Assembly (NCBI GenBank): GCA_037129835.1
Contig: JBAXUE010000003.1
Location: 87,275 to 151,274 of the forward strand
Reading direction: 5' to 3'
DNA from: a bacterium
GTDB lineage: Bacteria > Patescibacteriota > CPR2 > UBA1875 > CAIMLA01
Length of the DNA stretch: 64,000 nt
The notes beneath the pieces were generated by a model. The model saw only the letters and a program-made list of their open reading frames with translations. It was not told the origin of the DNA and searched no databases. Both the position numbers and the translations under genes were made by a program. Positions 9,766-19,616 of this stretch are shown here, in pieces. Each line of letters starts with the position of its first letter. The first letter of the stretch is position 1.

Positions 9766-10398
9766 GTGAAAGCATTAACAACAAAACAAAAGACAGTTCT
9801 CGGTTGGATAGAAGATTCTGTCCAAAAAACTGGCCAAGCCCCGACGGTTCGTGAGCTACAAGAGAGGCTTGGTTGCTCATCCCCTATGGGTGCGGTATCT
9901 CATCTTAACGCTCTTGAGGCAAAAGGATATATTACCAAAGTTGATGGCAAGGCAAGAGGTTTAATACTTAATACCGGCGATGATATCAAATCAAATGATG
10001 ATATCATACAAGTTCCGCTAGTTGGTAATGTAGCCTGCGGTATGCCTATCTGGGCTGAGGAAATGGTAGAAGAGATTATCCCCCTACCCAAGGCATTTGT
10101 ACATTATACTTCAGATGTTTTTATGCTACGTGCCCAAGGCGATTCTATGAATATGGGCGGAATCGATGATGGCGACTACGTAATCTTTCATAAACAAAAC
10201 AGTGCTGACGAGGGAGATAAAGTAGTTGTCCTGATGGGTAGTGAGGCAACAGTTAAAAAATATCGAATAGAAAAAGACAAAAAACGAGTGGTTTTCCAAC
10301 CCATGAGTGATAATCCTAATCATGCACCGATTATACCCGAGCTTGGCACATTTATGATTCAAGGTAAGGTTATCGGCGTAGTAAAGAATAATTTCTAA
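9766..10398 (+). CDS. lexA: LexA repressor (start refined to the GTG at 9766, behind an aaggagg RBS)
   Basis: Winged-helix N-terminus (TVRELQERLG...SHLNALEAKGYI) and an S24 peptidase C-terminus with the Ser in AQGDSM and a Lys in the KKY motif. Confidence 0.85.
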   Translation: MKALTTKQKTVLGWIEDSVQKTGQAPTVRELQERLGCSSPMGAVSHLNALEAKGYITKVDGKARGLILNTGDDIKSNDDIIQVPLVGNVACGMPIWAEEMVEEIIPLPKAFVHYTSDVFMLRAQGDSMNMGGIDDGDYVIFHKQNSADEGDKVVVLMGSEATVKKYRIEKDKKRVVFQPMSDNPNHAPIIPELGTFMIQGKVIGVVKNNF

Positions 10399-10402
10399 GA
10401 TT

Positions 10403-10768
10403 ATGGAAAAATTTCACGCACTCGTAATTATAAATAGTTTGACTAAGGCAGAAATATTTTCTGATTATAAATTATTAAGCAAGAAAACTGACGGAAGTTG
10501 GTTAATTTTTAAACTAGAACTAAATAATGATAACATTGATAGATTTATCAAAGATATTCAGAGGAATCTAAAAGAAGACCAGGGCTGGTATACACATCTC
10601 TACAATCAAGATGGAAGTAAATTGATAATTATCTTTAAGAACAAAGTCTTCCATACAAATTCATTAAGAGATAATTGGCAAGATGCTATAAAATATGGCG
10701 TATCTATTAGAATCCCAATAGAGCAGCTTGATTTTCGTCCAAATAACTTTGAAAACGAAAAATATTAG
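10403..10768 (+). CDS. hypothetical protein
   Basis: 121-aa ORF tightly packed between lexA and the next gene. No recognisable motif. Confidence 0.4.
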   Translation: MEKFHALVIINSLTKAEIFSDYKLLSKKTDGSWLIFKLELNNDNIDRFIKDIQRNLKEDQGWYTHLYNQDGSKLIIIFKNKVFHTNSLRDNWQDAIKYGVSIRIPIEQLDFRPNNFENEKY

Positions 10769-10780
10769 GGGGATTTATAA

Positions 10781-11191
10781 ATGAACAAAAAAATTTCATG
10801 TAAGCCAATAACTCAAGAAGATCCATTCGGTTGCGGGGTAGCTTGTACTGCACTCTTGTTAGATCAATCTTATCAAGAAACAATAAAAATGTTTAATATC
10901 AAAAAAATTGAGAATTATGGTTGCGATTGCCCCGATATATCAAAAGTTCTGAATAAGAACGGACTGGCATATAAATGGAAAAAATATACAACAGGTTTGA
11001 TACCAAGCTTTTCTGTAGTCTACCTTGGGCCAAATGACTATTACCAGGTCGGTCATTGGCTTGTCAAGTACAATGATACTTGGATGAATCCATGGGTTTC
11101 TGGCAAGACCATAAAAGAAGCTGAAGCAGGGATGGTAAATAATTTATTAGGCAAAATAACATATATAGTTTACCCATATAATAAAGAATAA
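10781..11191 (+). CDS. small papain-like (C39-like) peptidase-domain protein
   Basis: DPFGCGVACTALLL (Cys) ... QVGHWLVKY (His), the spacing typical of C39/BtrH-type cysteine peptidases. Confidence 0.4.
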   Translation: MNKKISCKPITQEDPFGCGVACTALLLDQSYQETIKMFNIKKIENYGCDCPDISKVLNKNGLAYKWKKYTTGLIPSFSVVYLGPNDYYQVGHWLVKYNDTWMNPWVSGKTIKEAEAGMVNNLLGKITYIVYPYNKE

Positions 11192-11200
11192 GGAGAAAAG

Positions 11201-12223
11201 ATGACAACCAAAGAAACAAAAGCTGAGAAACAGGCAAGCAATACGGAGAGAATGGACAATATACAGACAGCAGTAGACGCGATAGAAAAACAATTCGGTA
11301 AAGGCTCGATTATGAAGCTTGGAGAGGCTGGTAACTGCCACGTTGAAACAATTTCTACAGGTTCGCTATCACTGGATCTAGCACTCGGAGGCGGAGTGCC
11401 TAAAGGAAGAATTATCGAAATATACGGACCTGAGTCTTCTGGCAAAACCACCTTAGCTTATCATGTAGTAGCGGAAGCTCAGAGAAATGGCGGTATTGCT
11501 GCCTTTATCGACGCAGAGCATGCTCTGGATCCTGATTATGCTAAAAATATTGGAGTTGATATCGATAAACTCTTAATTTCGCAACCAGATACTGGCGAGC
11601 AGGCCTTAGAAATTGCCGAAACCCTGGTCCGATCCAATTCTATTGATGTTTTGGTTATAGACTCAGTCGCAGCACTAGTACCGCGAGCTGAAATAGAAGG
11701 TGATATGGGCGACTCCCATATGGGCCTTCAGGCAAGATTGATGTCTCAAGCTTTAAGAAAAATGACTGGAGCTATATCTAAATCAAATACCGTCGTAATA
11801 TTTATTAACCAAATACGTATGAAAATAGGAGTTATGTTTGGCAATCCAGAGACGACTTCTGGTGGACAGGCCTTGAAGTTTTTTTCTTCTGTAAGAATGG
11901 ACATACGCCGTAGTGAGCAGCTAAAAGATGGTGACAACGTTATCGGCAACCGTGTAAAAGTCAAAGTTGTAAAAAATAAAGTAGCACCGCCATTCAGAGT
12001 TGCCGAGTTTGATATTATGTACAACGAGGGAATAGCTAGAACTGGCGAGATTATAGACTTGGGGGTAAAGTACGGTTTGGTTGGAAAGGCAGGGTCCTGG
12101 TATGAATATAAAGAAGAAAAAATCGGACAAGGCCGTGAAGCAGCGAAGCAGTATTTAAAAGATAACCCGAAAATATGTTCCGAAATTGAAAAGCAAGTCA
12201 GAATAGCAGCTGTTTCAAAGTAG
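11201..12223 (+). CDS. recA: recombinase RecA
   Basis: Walker [11 protein letters not shown], the [14 protein letters not shown] motif and the L2 loop. Strong RBS aaggagaaaag. Confidence 0.97.
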   Translation: MTTKETKAEKQASNTERMDNIQTAVDAIEKQFGKGSIMKLGEAGNCHVETISTGSLSLDLALGGGVPKGRIIEIYGPESSGKTTLAYHVVAEAQRNGGIAAFIDAEHALDPDYAKNIGVDIDKLLISQPDTGEQALEIAETLVRSNSIDVLVIDSVAALVPRAEIEGDMGDSHMGLQARLMSQALRKMTGAISKSNTVVIFINQIRMKIGVMFGNPETTSGGQALKFFSSVRMDIRRSEQLKDGDNVIGNRVKVKVVKNKVAPPFRVAEFDIMYNEGIARTGEIIDLGVKYGLVGKAGSWYEYKEEKIGQGREAAKQYLKDNPKICSEIEKQVRIAAVSK

Positions 12224-12240
12224 ATACGGAGTCTCATAAA

Positions 12241-12855
12241 ATGAAGATAACATCGCTTGAGCCACAGGCTCATACGAAAAACCGCTTTAATATGTATGTG
12301 GATGGTAAATTTCATTCAGGTTTGCTAATTTCTACTGCGGCTTCTTTGGGACTTTATGAGAATAAAGAGGTAACGGCCTTTGAGATAGCTAATATTGACG
12401 TAGAAGAAGAATATCAGAAGTGTATGACTTCTGCCTTGCTATTAGCATCTAGAAGAATGCAATCTGAAAAAGAATATTGGCAAAAACTTGGAAGGCGCTA
12501 TGACAAGGCAGTAATTGGTACCTGCTTAGATAGATTGCGAGTACTTGGTTATGCAGACGACAAGCATTTTGCAGAGATGTGGGTAAGAGAAAGATCTCTT
12601 AACCGAGGAGTGGTGTTATTGAGGCAGGAGCTGACTCAAAAAGGAGTAGACAAACATATCGTTGAAGATTGTTTGGGCGATATTGCAGACGATTTTACTA
12701 TAGAAAGTGCTAAGTCATTGGCTTTGCGAAGATATAAACCGCAAATCGCCAGAAAAGAAAATTTTGCAAAAATAGTCGGATATTTGAACCGCCGAGGTTA
12801 TAGTTACGATACGGCAAAATCTGTATTTAATATAATTGATAAGACCACTGACTAG
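12241..12855 (+). CDS. recX: RecA regulator RecX
   Basis: Immediately downstream of recA; three-helix-repeat architecture and basic character typical of RecX. Confidence 0.7.
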   Translation: MKITSLEPQAHTKNRFNMYVDGKFHSGLLISTAASLGLYENKEVTAFEIANIDVEEEYQKCMTSALLLASRRMQSEKEYWQKLGRRYDKAVIGTCLDRLRVLGYADDKHFAEMWVRERSLNRGVVLLRQELTQKGVDKHIVEDCLGDIADDFTIESAKSLALRRYKPQIARKENFAKIVGYLNRRGYSYDTAKSVFNIIDKTTD

Positions 12856-12868
12856 CAGTGGTCTTATC
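12838..12868 (+). terminator. terminator hairpin at the recX stop
   Basis: gataagaccactg-acta-gcagtggtcttatc is a perfect 13-bp stem overlapping the stop codon. Confidence 0.6.
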
Positions 12869-13172
12869 GTGTGCTTCCGCGATATTATTGATTTTGAATG
12901 CTGAGCACCTTGTAGGTAAACGCAAACGCGGCTCCCCACATGAGTAATGGTAACATCCTACCTCCTCTACGCATTTCAGCGTGTTAGTATTATAGGCTCA
13001 GGAGCCCTATTTGTCAATCGATTTATCCTGTTAAATTCATACTAAAAGCCTTAGCAAAGGGAAAATAGATTTGTGCATAACTTCTCAAATTAAACATTAT
13101 TTATAATCTTATCCTTTACAACACTCTTATCTTGTGCTAAAATCTGATAGCAAATAAGAAGGATTTAGGTCA

Positions 13173-13541
13173 ATGCCAATCACAAAATCAGCCATTAAGG
13201 CAATGAAACAAAGCCGTAAGGCGAACGATCGTAATAAAGTAGTTAAGGCAGATTATAAAGCTAAGGTCAAGGCTGTCAAAAAAGAATCAGCCGGTGACTC
13301 AAAAAATCTAGGCAAGCTAGCTTCTCTTGCGGTTCAGTCTTTAGACAAAGCTGCTAAAAACGGAGTTATCCATAAAAGAACCGCGGCAAGAAAGAAATCC
13401 AGGCTTGCTAAGGCACTTGAGAGAACTACAGGTAAATCGATAGAGCTAAATTCTATTAAAGAGCCGGTTTCTCTAGCTAAACCAAAGGTTTCTGCAAAAT
13501 CAAAAACTACTCCCAAGAAAACTATAAAAAAAGAGGCTTAG
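13173..13541 (+). CDS. rpsT: 30S ribosomal protein S20 with a Lys/Ala-rich C-terminal extension
   Basis: ITKSAIKAMKQSRKANDRNK...KNGVIHKRTAARKKSRLAKAL matches S20. It is 122 aa against ~87 typical, because of the basic tail. Confidence 0.85.
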   Translation: MPITKSAIKAMKQSRKANDRNKVVKADYKAKVKAVKKESAGDSKNLGKLASLAVQSLDKAAKNGVIHKRTAARKKSRLAKALERTTGKSIELNSIKEPVSLAKPKVSAKSKTTPKKTIKKEA

Positions 13542-14500
13542 GCCTCTTTTTTACTTAAACGAATTACCAGACGCTCTAGTAAAGTGGTAGGATCTCCAAA
13601 GCCTTGCTTTATCATCGAATCTGTTTTCAATACAGCTTCGTGCATAGTTAGTAATTGGGGCATAGTGAAATAACGAATTTGGCCAAGAGATTTTTGTACA
13701 ACGAACTGGTGAAGTTTAGTCCTAGATTGTATTTCGAATTCGTTTAATCTGTGTTCGTGGAGATCTCTCACCAATAATAAGTTGCGAACCTGCCCCCCTA
13801 TCATGCCAAGTATCCCAAGTGGCTCCTCGCCAATACTTAGAAGTTTTTCTAAATGATACAGCGCTTTTTTACTATTCTTACTCGATATTGCATCTGTGAG
13901 GTCAAAAATACGGTTAAAATACCCGGCGTCTACCAATAGATCCACGTTAATAGTTGAAATGTTGGGATTATAAGCTATAAGTTTATCTATTTCATTATTG
14001 ACTGAGTTTAGATCAGTGCCGCAGGCAAACTGTAGATTGCGGGCAGTAAGCTCGTCAATTGTACCGCTTTTTTCCAATACTCGTTTTTTTATATACGAGA
14101 CTATATCTGCGACACTCATTGGTTTAAATTCATGTATTTCGCCAAATTTACTAATATTTTTATATATTTTCAGTCTTTTGTCTGGTGTGTCATTATCTAT
14201 AATAACTATATCGGTAAAATCGGGAACATTTTCGAGCCATGTTGCAAAAGTGTCTAAAAAATTCTTATCCTTAGACTTAAAAACGCCTTCTAATACAATC
14301 ATTCGGCGGTCAGATAAGAAGGGTAACGATGATGCTTCTAAAATAATCTTTCCTACTTCGAAAGTATTCCGGTGAAAGGTGAGATTTATACTATCATTTA
14401 CGAAACCCAGTTTTTCCTTTAATCCAGAATAAAAACGGTCACGTCCATATTTGTCTTCTCCAAAAAGTAGATATATCATTATCTTTGGCACCTTGGGCAA
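13538..14500 (-). CDS. holA: DNA polymerase III delta subunit (HolA)
   Basis: N-terminal MIYLLFGEDKYGRD and overall delta-subunit clamp-loader architecture; ~320 aa. Confidence 0.7.
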   Translation of the reverse strand: MPKVPKIMIYLLFGEDKYGRDRFYSGLKEKLGFVNDSINLTFHRNTFEVGKIILEASSLPFLSDRRMIVLEGVFKSKDKNFLDTFATWLENVPDFTDIVIIDNDTPDKRLKIYKNISKFGEIHEFKPMSVADIVSYIKKRVLEKSGTIDELTARNLQFACGTDLNSVNNEIDKLIAYNPNISTINVDLLVDAGYFNRIFDLTDAISSKNSKKALYHLEKLLSIGEEPLGILGMIGGQVRNLLLVRDLHEHRLNEFEIQSRTKLHQFVVQKSLGQIRYFTMPQLLTMHEAVLKTDSMIKQGFGDPTTLLERLVIRLSKKEA

Positions 14501-15327
14501 TAGTGTGTACCCCTACCTGCTAGTTTTATTTTTTCGATTGTCCCACCGCAGTGGTATGGGCACATCTCGCCTTCTTTATGATAGACATTCAGATAATTTT
14601 GCATGCCACCCTTTTCTCCAAATACATTTAAATAATCACTGTCCGTTGTTCCGCCTTTCGATATTGAGAAGGCTAAGATATCAGATATATTAGTTGACAA
14701 CAAGTTCCATTCTGTCGGAGATACTTTTGATATCACTCTTTCGGGATTAATTTTACTTTTAAATAGAGCCTCATCAGCATAAATATTGCCCACCCCTGCT
14801 ATAACTCCTTGGTCCATGATAAACTTTTTTATTTGCGATTTTGGCGACCTCTTGGCCCGCTCTATAAGGTAGTTGGTATCTATTGATGGATACGCTTCAG
14901 GGCCGAATTTAGAAAAATAATTATTATATCCATCTTGATTCACTACCCTGCACCAGCCAAACTTTCTTAAATCATTAAAATATAATTTCTTATCTTTTCC
15001 AAAAGAGAAAATGACGCGGGTATGTTTACTAGGGAGTTTTTCGTGCCATTCGTGTGAAGCATGACCACCAGCAAGTCGGGTTCCATGGTTGATATATATA
15101 AGTTGACCAGTCATCTTGAGATGGATAAGCAAACATAGTTTGTTTTCGAAGGATATAATTATAGTCTTAGCTCGTCTCCCGACTGAAGAAATTTTAATAT
15201 TTGCAATCTTCCTTCCGTCGTCAGTAAATGAACCGTAATTAAGTACTTCAATATCGGTTATCTTTTCTCCCGAGATAACTTTGTTTAGTTGCTTTACAAT
15301 TGTTTCTACTTCAGGAAGTTCTGGCAT
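14479..15327 (-). CDS. mutM: formamidopyrimidine-DNA glycosylase (Fpg/MutM-Nei family)
   Basis: N-terminal MPELPEVE (catalytic Pro2/Glu3), an H2TH domain and a C-terminal zinc finger CPYHCG...CPRCQ. Confidence 0.9.
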   Translation of the reverse strand: MPELPEVETIVKQLNKVISGEKITDIEVLNYGSFTDDGRKIANIKISSVGRRAKTIIISFENKLCLLIHLKMTGQLIYINHGTRLAGGHASHEWHEKLPSKHTRVIFSFGKDKKLYFNDLRKFGWCRVVNQDGYNNYFSKFGPEAYPSIDTNYLIERAKRSPKSQIKKFIMDQGVIAGVGNIYADEALFKSKINPERVISKVSPTEWNLLSTNISDILAFSISKGGTTDSDYLNVFGEKGGMQNYLNVYHKEGEMCPYHCGGTIEKIKLAGRGTHYCPRCQR

Positions 15328-15352
15328 AGCATCTTTCTTACGTTTACGGGTA

Positions 15353-16207
15353 TTATTCCGTAATTTGTTTTGCAGATTCGCTTTTTATTTCTTTTTCCAT
15401 CCTTCTATGGGACGGGAATTTTATAATCTCTGCTTGTTTTTTTCTGGGTCCAAAAACAATAGTTCTTATTAAGATACGAAAACCTTTTGGCCACATAAAA
15501 AAAGCGTATCTGAAAATACCATTAAGTTCCCATTTGTCATTCATGGATTGAGTTTGTGAATCTAAAATAGCTTCTTTTAAGTCACTTGCTGTTTGGCCTT
15601 CAAAAATTGTGAAGCCTTTTCCTATAGATTCTAAAATATGGGCATCACTTCCGCCAACTTCAGCTTCGAAAAGAAGTAACTGATTAATGTACTTGGCTTT
15701 TAGATTTTCTTGTTCATAGGTAGGGATTCCGTTAACTGTTTCAATACCATCGAGGCCGTTTTTTTCCTTAATTAAACCGGCCGCACCGATCCCTTTAGCC
15801 GCGTAGACCTTATTACTGTTAAACCTAGTGGTGAGAAACGGGTGAGCTGCGATGGCAATTCCGCCTTGTTTGTGGATATTCTTAATTACTTCATGGGCTG
15901 GCTGCAAAGGTTCTATTTTTTCATTTATATAAAGTGCAAGGATGTGACCTTCATTTGATGATACTTCTTCCCCCACAACTAGGTCAAAACGATATTTTTT
16001 TTTCGCCATTAATTCTTTGGCATATATGGCACCATTGATTGTATCATGGTCAGTTATAGCGATAACGCAAAAGTCTGTTTCGTTTTCGACATATTCTAAT
16101 ATTTCTTCTATTGACGGTTTTCCATCCGAGAAGTTGCTGTGTATATGGAGATCAGCTTTACCAAGATGAGGAAACTGCTTGTGAATCTGTTTTTTAAATC
16201 TAACCAT
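15353..16207 (-). CDS. PHP-domain metal-dependent phosphoesterase (TrpH/YciV-like)
   Basis: DLHIHSNFSDG...ITDHD...AHP motif series of the PHP family. Confidence 0.8.
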   Translation of the reverse strand: MVRFKKQIHKQFPHLGKADLHIHSNFSDGKPSIEEILEYVENETDFCVIAITDHDTINGAIYAKELMAKKKYRFDLVVGEEVSSNEGHILALYINEKIEPLQPAHEVIKNIHKQGGIAIAAHPFLTTRFNSNKVYAAKGIGAAGLIKEKNGLDGIETVNGIPTYEQENLKAKYINQLLLFEAEVGGSDAHILESIGKGFTIFEGQTASDLKEAILDSQTQSMNDKWELNGIFRYAFFMWPKGFRILIRTIVFGPRKKQAEIIKFPSHRRMEKEIKSESAKQITE

Positions 16208-16234
16208 ATGTAGATTATAGCATTTTATACTCGC

Positions 16235-16933
16235 TTAAAAAATACTGATTGCTACGAAAATGTCGGCAATAACGTGTGTTACTATGGCCGGCAGCAAACT
16301 TTTGTATTTTTTTGTCATGTAACCCCAAGCCAAACCAAGGAAAAAGGTTAGTCCTACGAAAAGCCAAAGATTACTGCTCATGGGGTTAAAAACATGAATA
16401 AGCGCGAAGGCAGTGGCTTGAAAGAAGTTAGCGAACCAAAAACCATATTTTCTAGTGAACATCTCGAGACCGATACCTCGAAAAAAAACTTCTTCTACAA
16501 AGGCATTACTAACTGCGTATAAAATAAATATAGGAAAGTTGGTTAGATAAAAAATCAGGGTGAAAGAGGCGCTTTTTAAAAAGAAGGGGTATAGAATTAC
16601 ACCAAGAATCGTAAAAATAAAGGTTCCCCAAAAAGTAAAAAGAAAGAGATTTTTGTTATTTTTGAAACCTAAGTATATGTCCTCTCCGTCCAAGCCTATA
16701 TTTTGCGAGAGAAAGAATATCAATGGTAATATCACGGCTACTCTGATGAGCCCCCACAATATAAGATAGCTAGGCTGTATCATTGACACGAGGTCTTGGT
16801 GGAAAACAAGCTTGCTCGCTGCCATACTGAGCGGATATTGTAATAATATGAGCAGATATATGATGGATAAAAAAATCCATCTAGTGTTATGAACGAGTAA
16901 ATTATTTTTGTGCGTTTTTTGAAGCATATTCAC
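16235..16933 (-). CDS. CPBP-family intramembrane metalloprotease (CAAX protease / Abi)
   Basis: Multi-TM protein with EEVFFRG and the downstream FxxxH / HxxxN motifs of the CPBP family. Confidence 0.8.
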   Translation of the reverse strand: MNMLQKTHKNNLLVHNTRWIFLSIIYLLILLQYPLSMAASKLVFHQDLVSMIQPSYLILWGLIRVAVILPLIFFLSQNIGLDGEDIYLGFKNNKNLFLFTFWGTFIFTILGVILYPFFLKSASFTLIFYLTNFPIFILYAVSNAFVEEVFFRGIGLEMFTRKYGFWFANFFQATAFALIHVFNPMSSNLWLFVGLTFFLGLAWGYMTKKYKSLLPAIVTHVIADIFVAISIF

Positions 16934-18137
16934 CCGCTATTTTACCACTTGACCAAGCCCATTGTAAGTTATAACCCCCAGAGTCTCCATCTATATCCAA
17001 AATTTCCCCCGCAAAATACAATTTCGGGATTATTCTTGATTGTAGTGTTCCGTCTATATCGGAGAGAGGTATGCCGCCAGATGTTACCTGTGCTTCTTTT
17101 AGAGGACGGACAGATTTTACTGTCAGGCTAAAAAATTTGATGTTATTAATAATCGTTAATCTCTGGATTCTTGAAATTTCTGAAGCGTTTTGATTATCTT
17201 TTAGTTTTGAAATACTAGCGATAAGCTCGGCGACACTTTTTGGCAGAACGCCAGCGATAATATTTCCTGCTGATTTTTTCGGGTACTTTTCAATTTGTTC
17301 TAATAACATTTTATCAAGTTCTTCCTCGGACATATTCGGTATTAGATCAATAGATAACTTAATTACTTCTTTACCAATCTTGGGTGCAACTATCCCGGCG
17401 ATACTCATAGCGGCGGGTCCAGAAATCCCGAAATGAGTAAAAATAATGTCACCAGACCTTTGTATTAAAGGTTCATCCCTTACGGTTGCAGATATTGTTA
17501 CTGGAAACTTAACGCCCATTATTTTTGATATAAATGATTCCTCTATTTCTATTGGTGTAAGAGCTGCATATATTTCAGTAATATTGTGCCCTAGTTTTTT
17601 GGCCCAAAATAAACCATCACCGCTTGAACCAAATTGGTGTGCTGCCCTTCCACCAGTCGCTAGTATTAATGTTTTTGATTCGAATTTCGTTCCATTTTCA
17701 AGAAATACAACGTAATTATCTGTAACTTCAATATTCTTAACAGTTGAATCGAGTAAAACTTTTACGCCGCAATGTTTAAGTTCTTCTGATAGTGACGTTA
17801 CAATAGTACTTGCCTGATTCGTAGCTGGGAAAATTCTGCCCCTATCCTCTTTTTTTGTAACTACACCTAGGCCGTTAAAATATTTGATGGTTTGAATTTG
17901 GTTAAATCTGCCGATTATATCCATCGAAATATTTGACACACTGCCATGATAATTATCAGCTGAGATAGTTTCGTTTGTTAAATTACAACGACCATTGCCA
18001 GTTGCTAGTATCTTTCTGCCTATCAAATTATTTTTTTCGATTAATAAGACTTTTGAGCCGGAGTTTGCTGCCGCAATCGCTGCGAAAATACCGGAGGGGC
18101 CAGAACCAATTACTATTACATCCCGCATATTGGACAT
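16902..18137 (-). CDS. NAD(P)/FAD-binding flavoprotein, HI0933/BaiN/YhiN family
   Basis: N-terminal Rossmann GSGPSG followed by GRCNLTN and the C-terminal HI0933-like region. Confidence 0.85.
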   Translation of the reverse strand: MSNMRDVIVIGSGPSGIFAAIAAANSGSKVLLIEKNNLIGRKILATGNGRCNLTNETISADNYHGSVSNISMDIIGRFNQIQTIKYFNGLGVVTKKEDRGRIFPATNQASTIVTSLSEELKHCGVKVLLDSTVKNIEVTDNYVVFLENGTKFESKTLILATGGRAAHQFGSSGDGLFWAKKLGHNITEIYAALTPIEIEESFISKIMGVKFPVTISATVRDEPLIQRSGDIIFTHFGISGPAAMSIAGIVAPKIGKEVIKLSIDLIPNMSEEELDKMLLEQIEKYPKKSAGNIIAGVLPKSVAELIASISKLKDNQNASEISRIQRLTIINNIKFFSLTVKSVRPLKEAQVTSGGIPLSDIDGTLQSRIIPKLYFAGEILDIDGDSGGYNLQWAWSSGKIAGEYASKNAQK

Positions 18138-18139
18138 TA

Positions 18140-18640
18140 TTAACGATAGTTTCCGAATTGCAGAGGCATTTCTAGGTCGCTAGAGTTGAGTAACTGCATA
18201 ATTTCTTGTAGTTCATTTTTTGACTTGGATGAGACTCTAATTTCCTCACCTTGTATGGATGGCTTTGCTTTAGGAAATGAATCTCTGATATTTTTAGAGA
18301 TTTTTTTTGCATCCTCACTATTAAGTCCGCTTCTGAGGGTAATTTTTTTACGAATTGTGTTTCCTGTTGCGTTTTCTTCAGGTGTCGATTTATCCAAGAC
18401 TTTTAAACTAAGCTCTCTTTTAACCATTTTTGATTCGATAATATCAATGATCGATTGGAGCTTGTAATCACTTTCAGTATGAATGGTGATTAGATTTTCT
18501 TTTTCTGAATAGTCTATATCGGCAAGAACTCCTTTGAAGTCAAATCTCCCGATAATTTCCTTTTTACTTTGGTTAATTGCGTTTGCCATTTCTTGATGGT
18601 CGAAATCGCATGTTATATCAAATGAATAGTCGCTGGCCAT
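18140..18640 (-). CDS. yajQ: YajQ-family nucleotide-binding protein (UPF0234)
   Basis: SFDI...FDHQE...RFDFKGV N-terminal pattern and ~165-aa length typical of YajQ. Confidence 0.8.
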   Translation of the reverse strand: MASDYSFDITCDFDHQEMANAINQSKKEIIGRFDFKGVLADIDYSEKENLITIHTESDYKLQSIIDIIESKMVKRELSLKVLDKSTPEENATGNTIRKKITLRSGLNSEDAKKISKNIRDSFPKAKPSIQGEEIRVSSKSKNELQEIMQLLNSSDLEMPLQFGNYR

Positions 18641-18650
18641 AGTAAACTCC

Positions 18651-19616
18651 TTATTTAATAGTCATTCCTTTTACAAATTCTCTGGTAGTATTTTCGTTTG
18701 CCTTTCCTAGAAAGCCCACCGATTGGTCGTTATAGGTTGCCTGGACAGATCCGCCATCATTTGTGGTAATCTTGATAGTTTCATTCGCCTTATATGTCTG
18801 AGAAACTCCAGCTAACATGATAATAGCTTTTTCGGTAACTTTTTTACCATCAATGTCCACCTGTAATGACGCCGATCTGGGCCCAATAGTCACCTTCACT
18901 TCGAAGGCGCCTGGCGCAGGCGTTGCAGCTCCGATGTACTGTGACACTACAGTTCGGTCTACTTGATTAGTTCTACCTAGCTTGTTTAGTGCCTTTACTT
19001 TAATAATATTGACCCCGGTTTGTAAGTTTACTTTTTCTTTAAAACTACCATTCTGACCTATACCGACCTCGACTTCGTTAATTAGAAGGGTAGAGCCGGG
19101 TGATGTTTCTCCGGCTACAACTACGGAGTTGTCTGATGTAGTAAAATCGTCTGCAGGTCCAGATATGGATAATATCGGAGGAGAAGTTAATATATTAACT
19201 TGCCACCCAATGTAACTAAAGATCAGAAGAAAGAAAAGTGTTATTAAAAAAATAGTAATAGTTTTAGGTGTTATCACCAACTTGGGCGTATTCAATACCT
19301 TTCCAGAAGGTTTATTTTTTATATTTTTTGCACTTTCTTCTAGGCCTCTTTCCCTTTCATATAATCTGATGACCTTGTCGGGATCAAGGCCCAGAAAGGT
19401 TGAATAATTTGAAATAAACCCGCGAACGTAGACGTCAGGAGGAAGTCCAGTGTAGTTCCCACTTTCTATTGCATCGATATGTTTTGCCCTGATTCTGATA
19501 GCCTTTTCGACATCTCTAATATCTAAACCAAGAGAGATTCTTTTTTTTGCTAGTTTTTCTCCTAGTCCCTCTTTTTGAGGTAAGGTTTTACGGGTGAACT
19601 TAACAGCTGCTGTCAT
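18651..19616 (-). CDS. rodZ: RodZ-like cytoskeleton protein (HTH + TM + C-terminal domain)
   Basis: N-terminal XRE-type HTH (LGEKLAKKRISLGLDIRDVEKAIRIRAKHIDAIE), a single TM helix and a C-terminal beta-rich domain. Confidence 0.6.
   Translation of the reverse strand: MTAAVKFTRKTLPQKEGLGEKLAKKRISLGLDIRDVEKAIRIRAKHIDAIESGNYTGLPPDVYVRGFISNYSTFLGLDPDKVIRLYERERGLEESAKNIKNKPSGKVLNTPKLVITPKTITIFLITLFFLLIFSYIGWQVNILTSPPILSISGPADDFTTSDNSVVVAGETSPGSTLLINEVEVGIGQNGSFKEKVNLQTGVNIIKVKALNKLGRTNQVDRTVVSQYIGAATPAPGAFEVKVTIGPRSASLQVDIDGKKVTEKAIIMLAGVSQTYKANETIKITTNDGGSVQATYNDQSVGFLGKANENTTREFVKGMTIK

Noticed and set aside
11746-12315. 189-aa ORF antisense to recA, and similar long antisense ORFs (26629-27369 in pnp, 31819-32175 in rnj, 47661-48134 and others inside the giant gene)
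   Set aside because: All lie opposite strongly supported conserved CDSs and have low-complexity composition. They are shadow ORFs.
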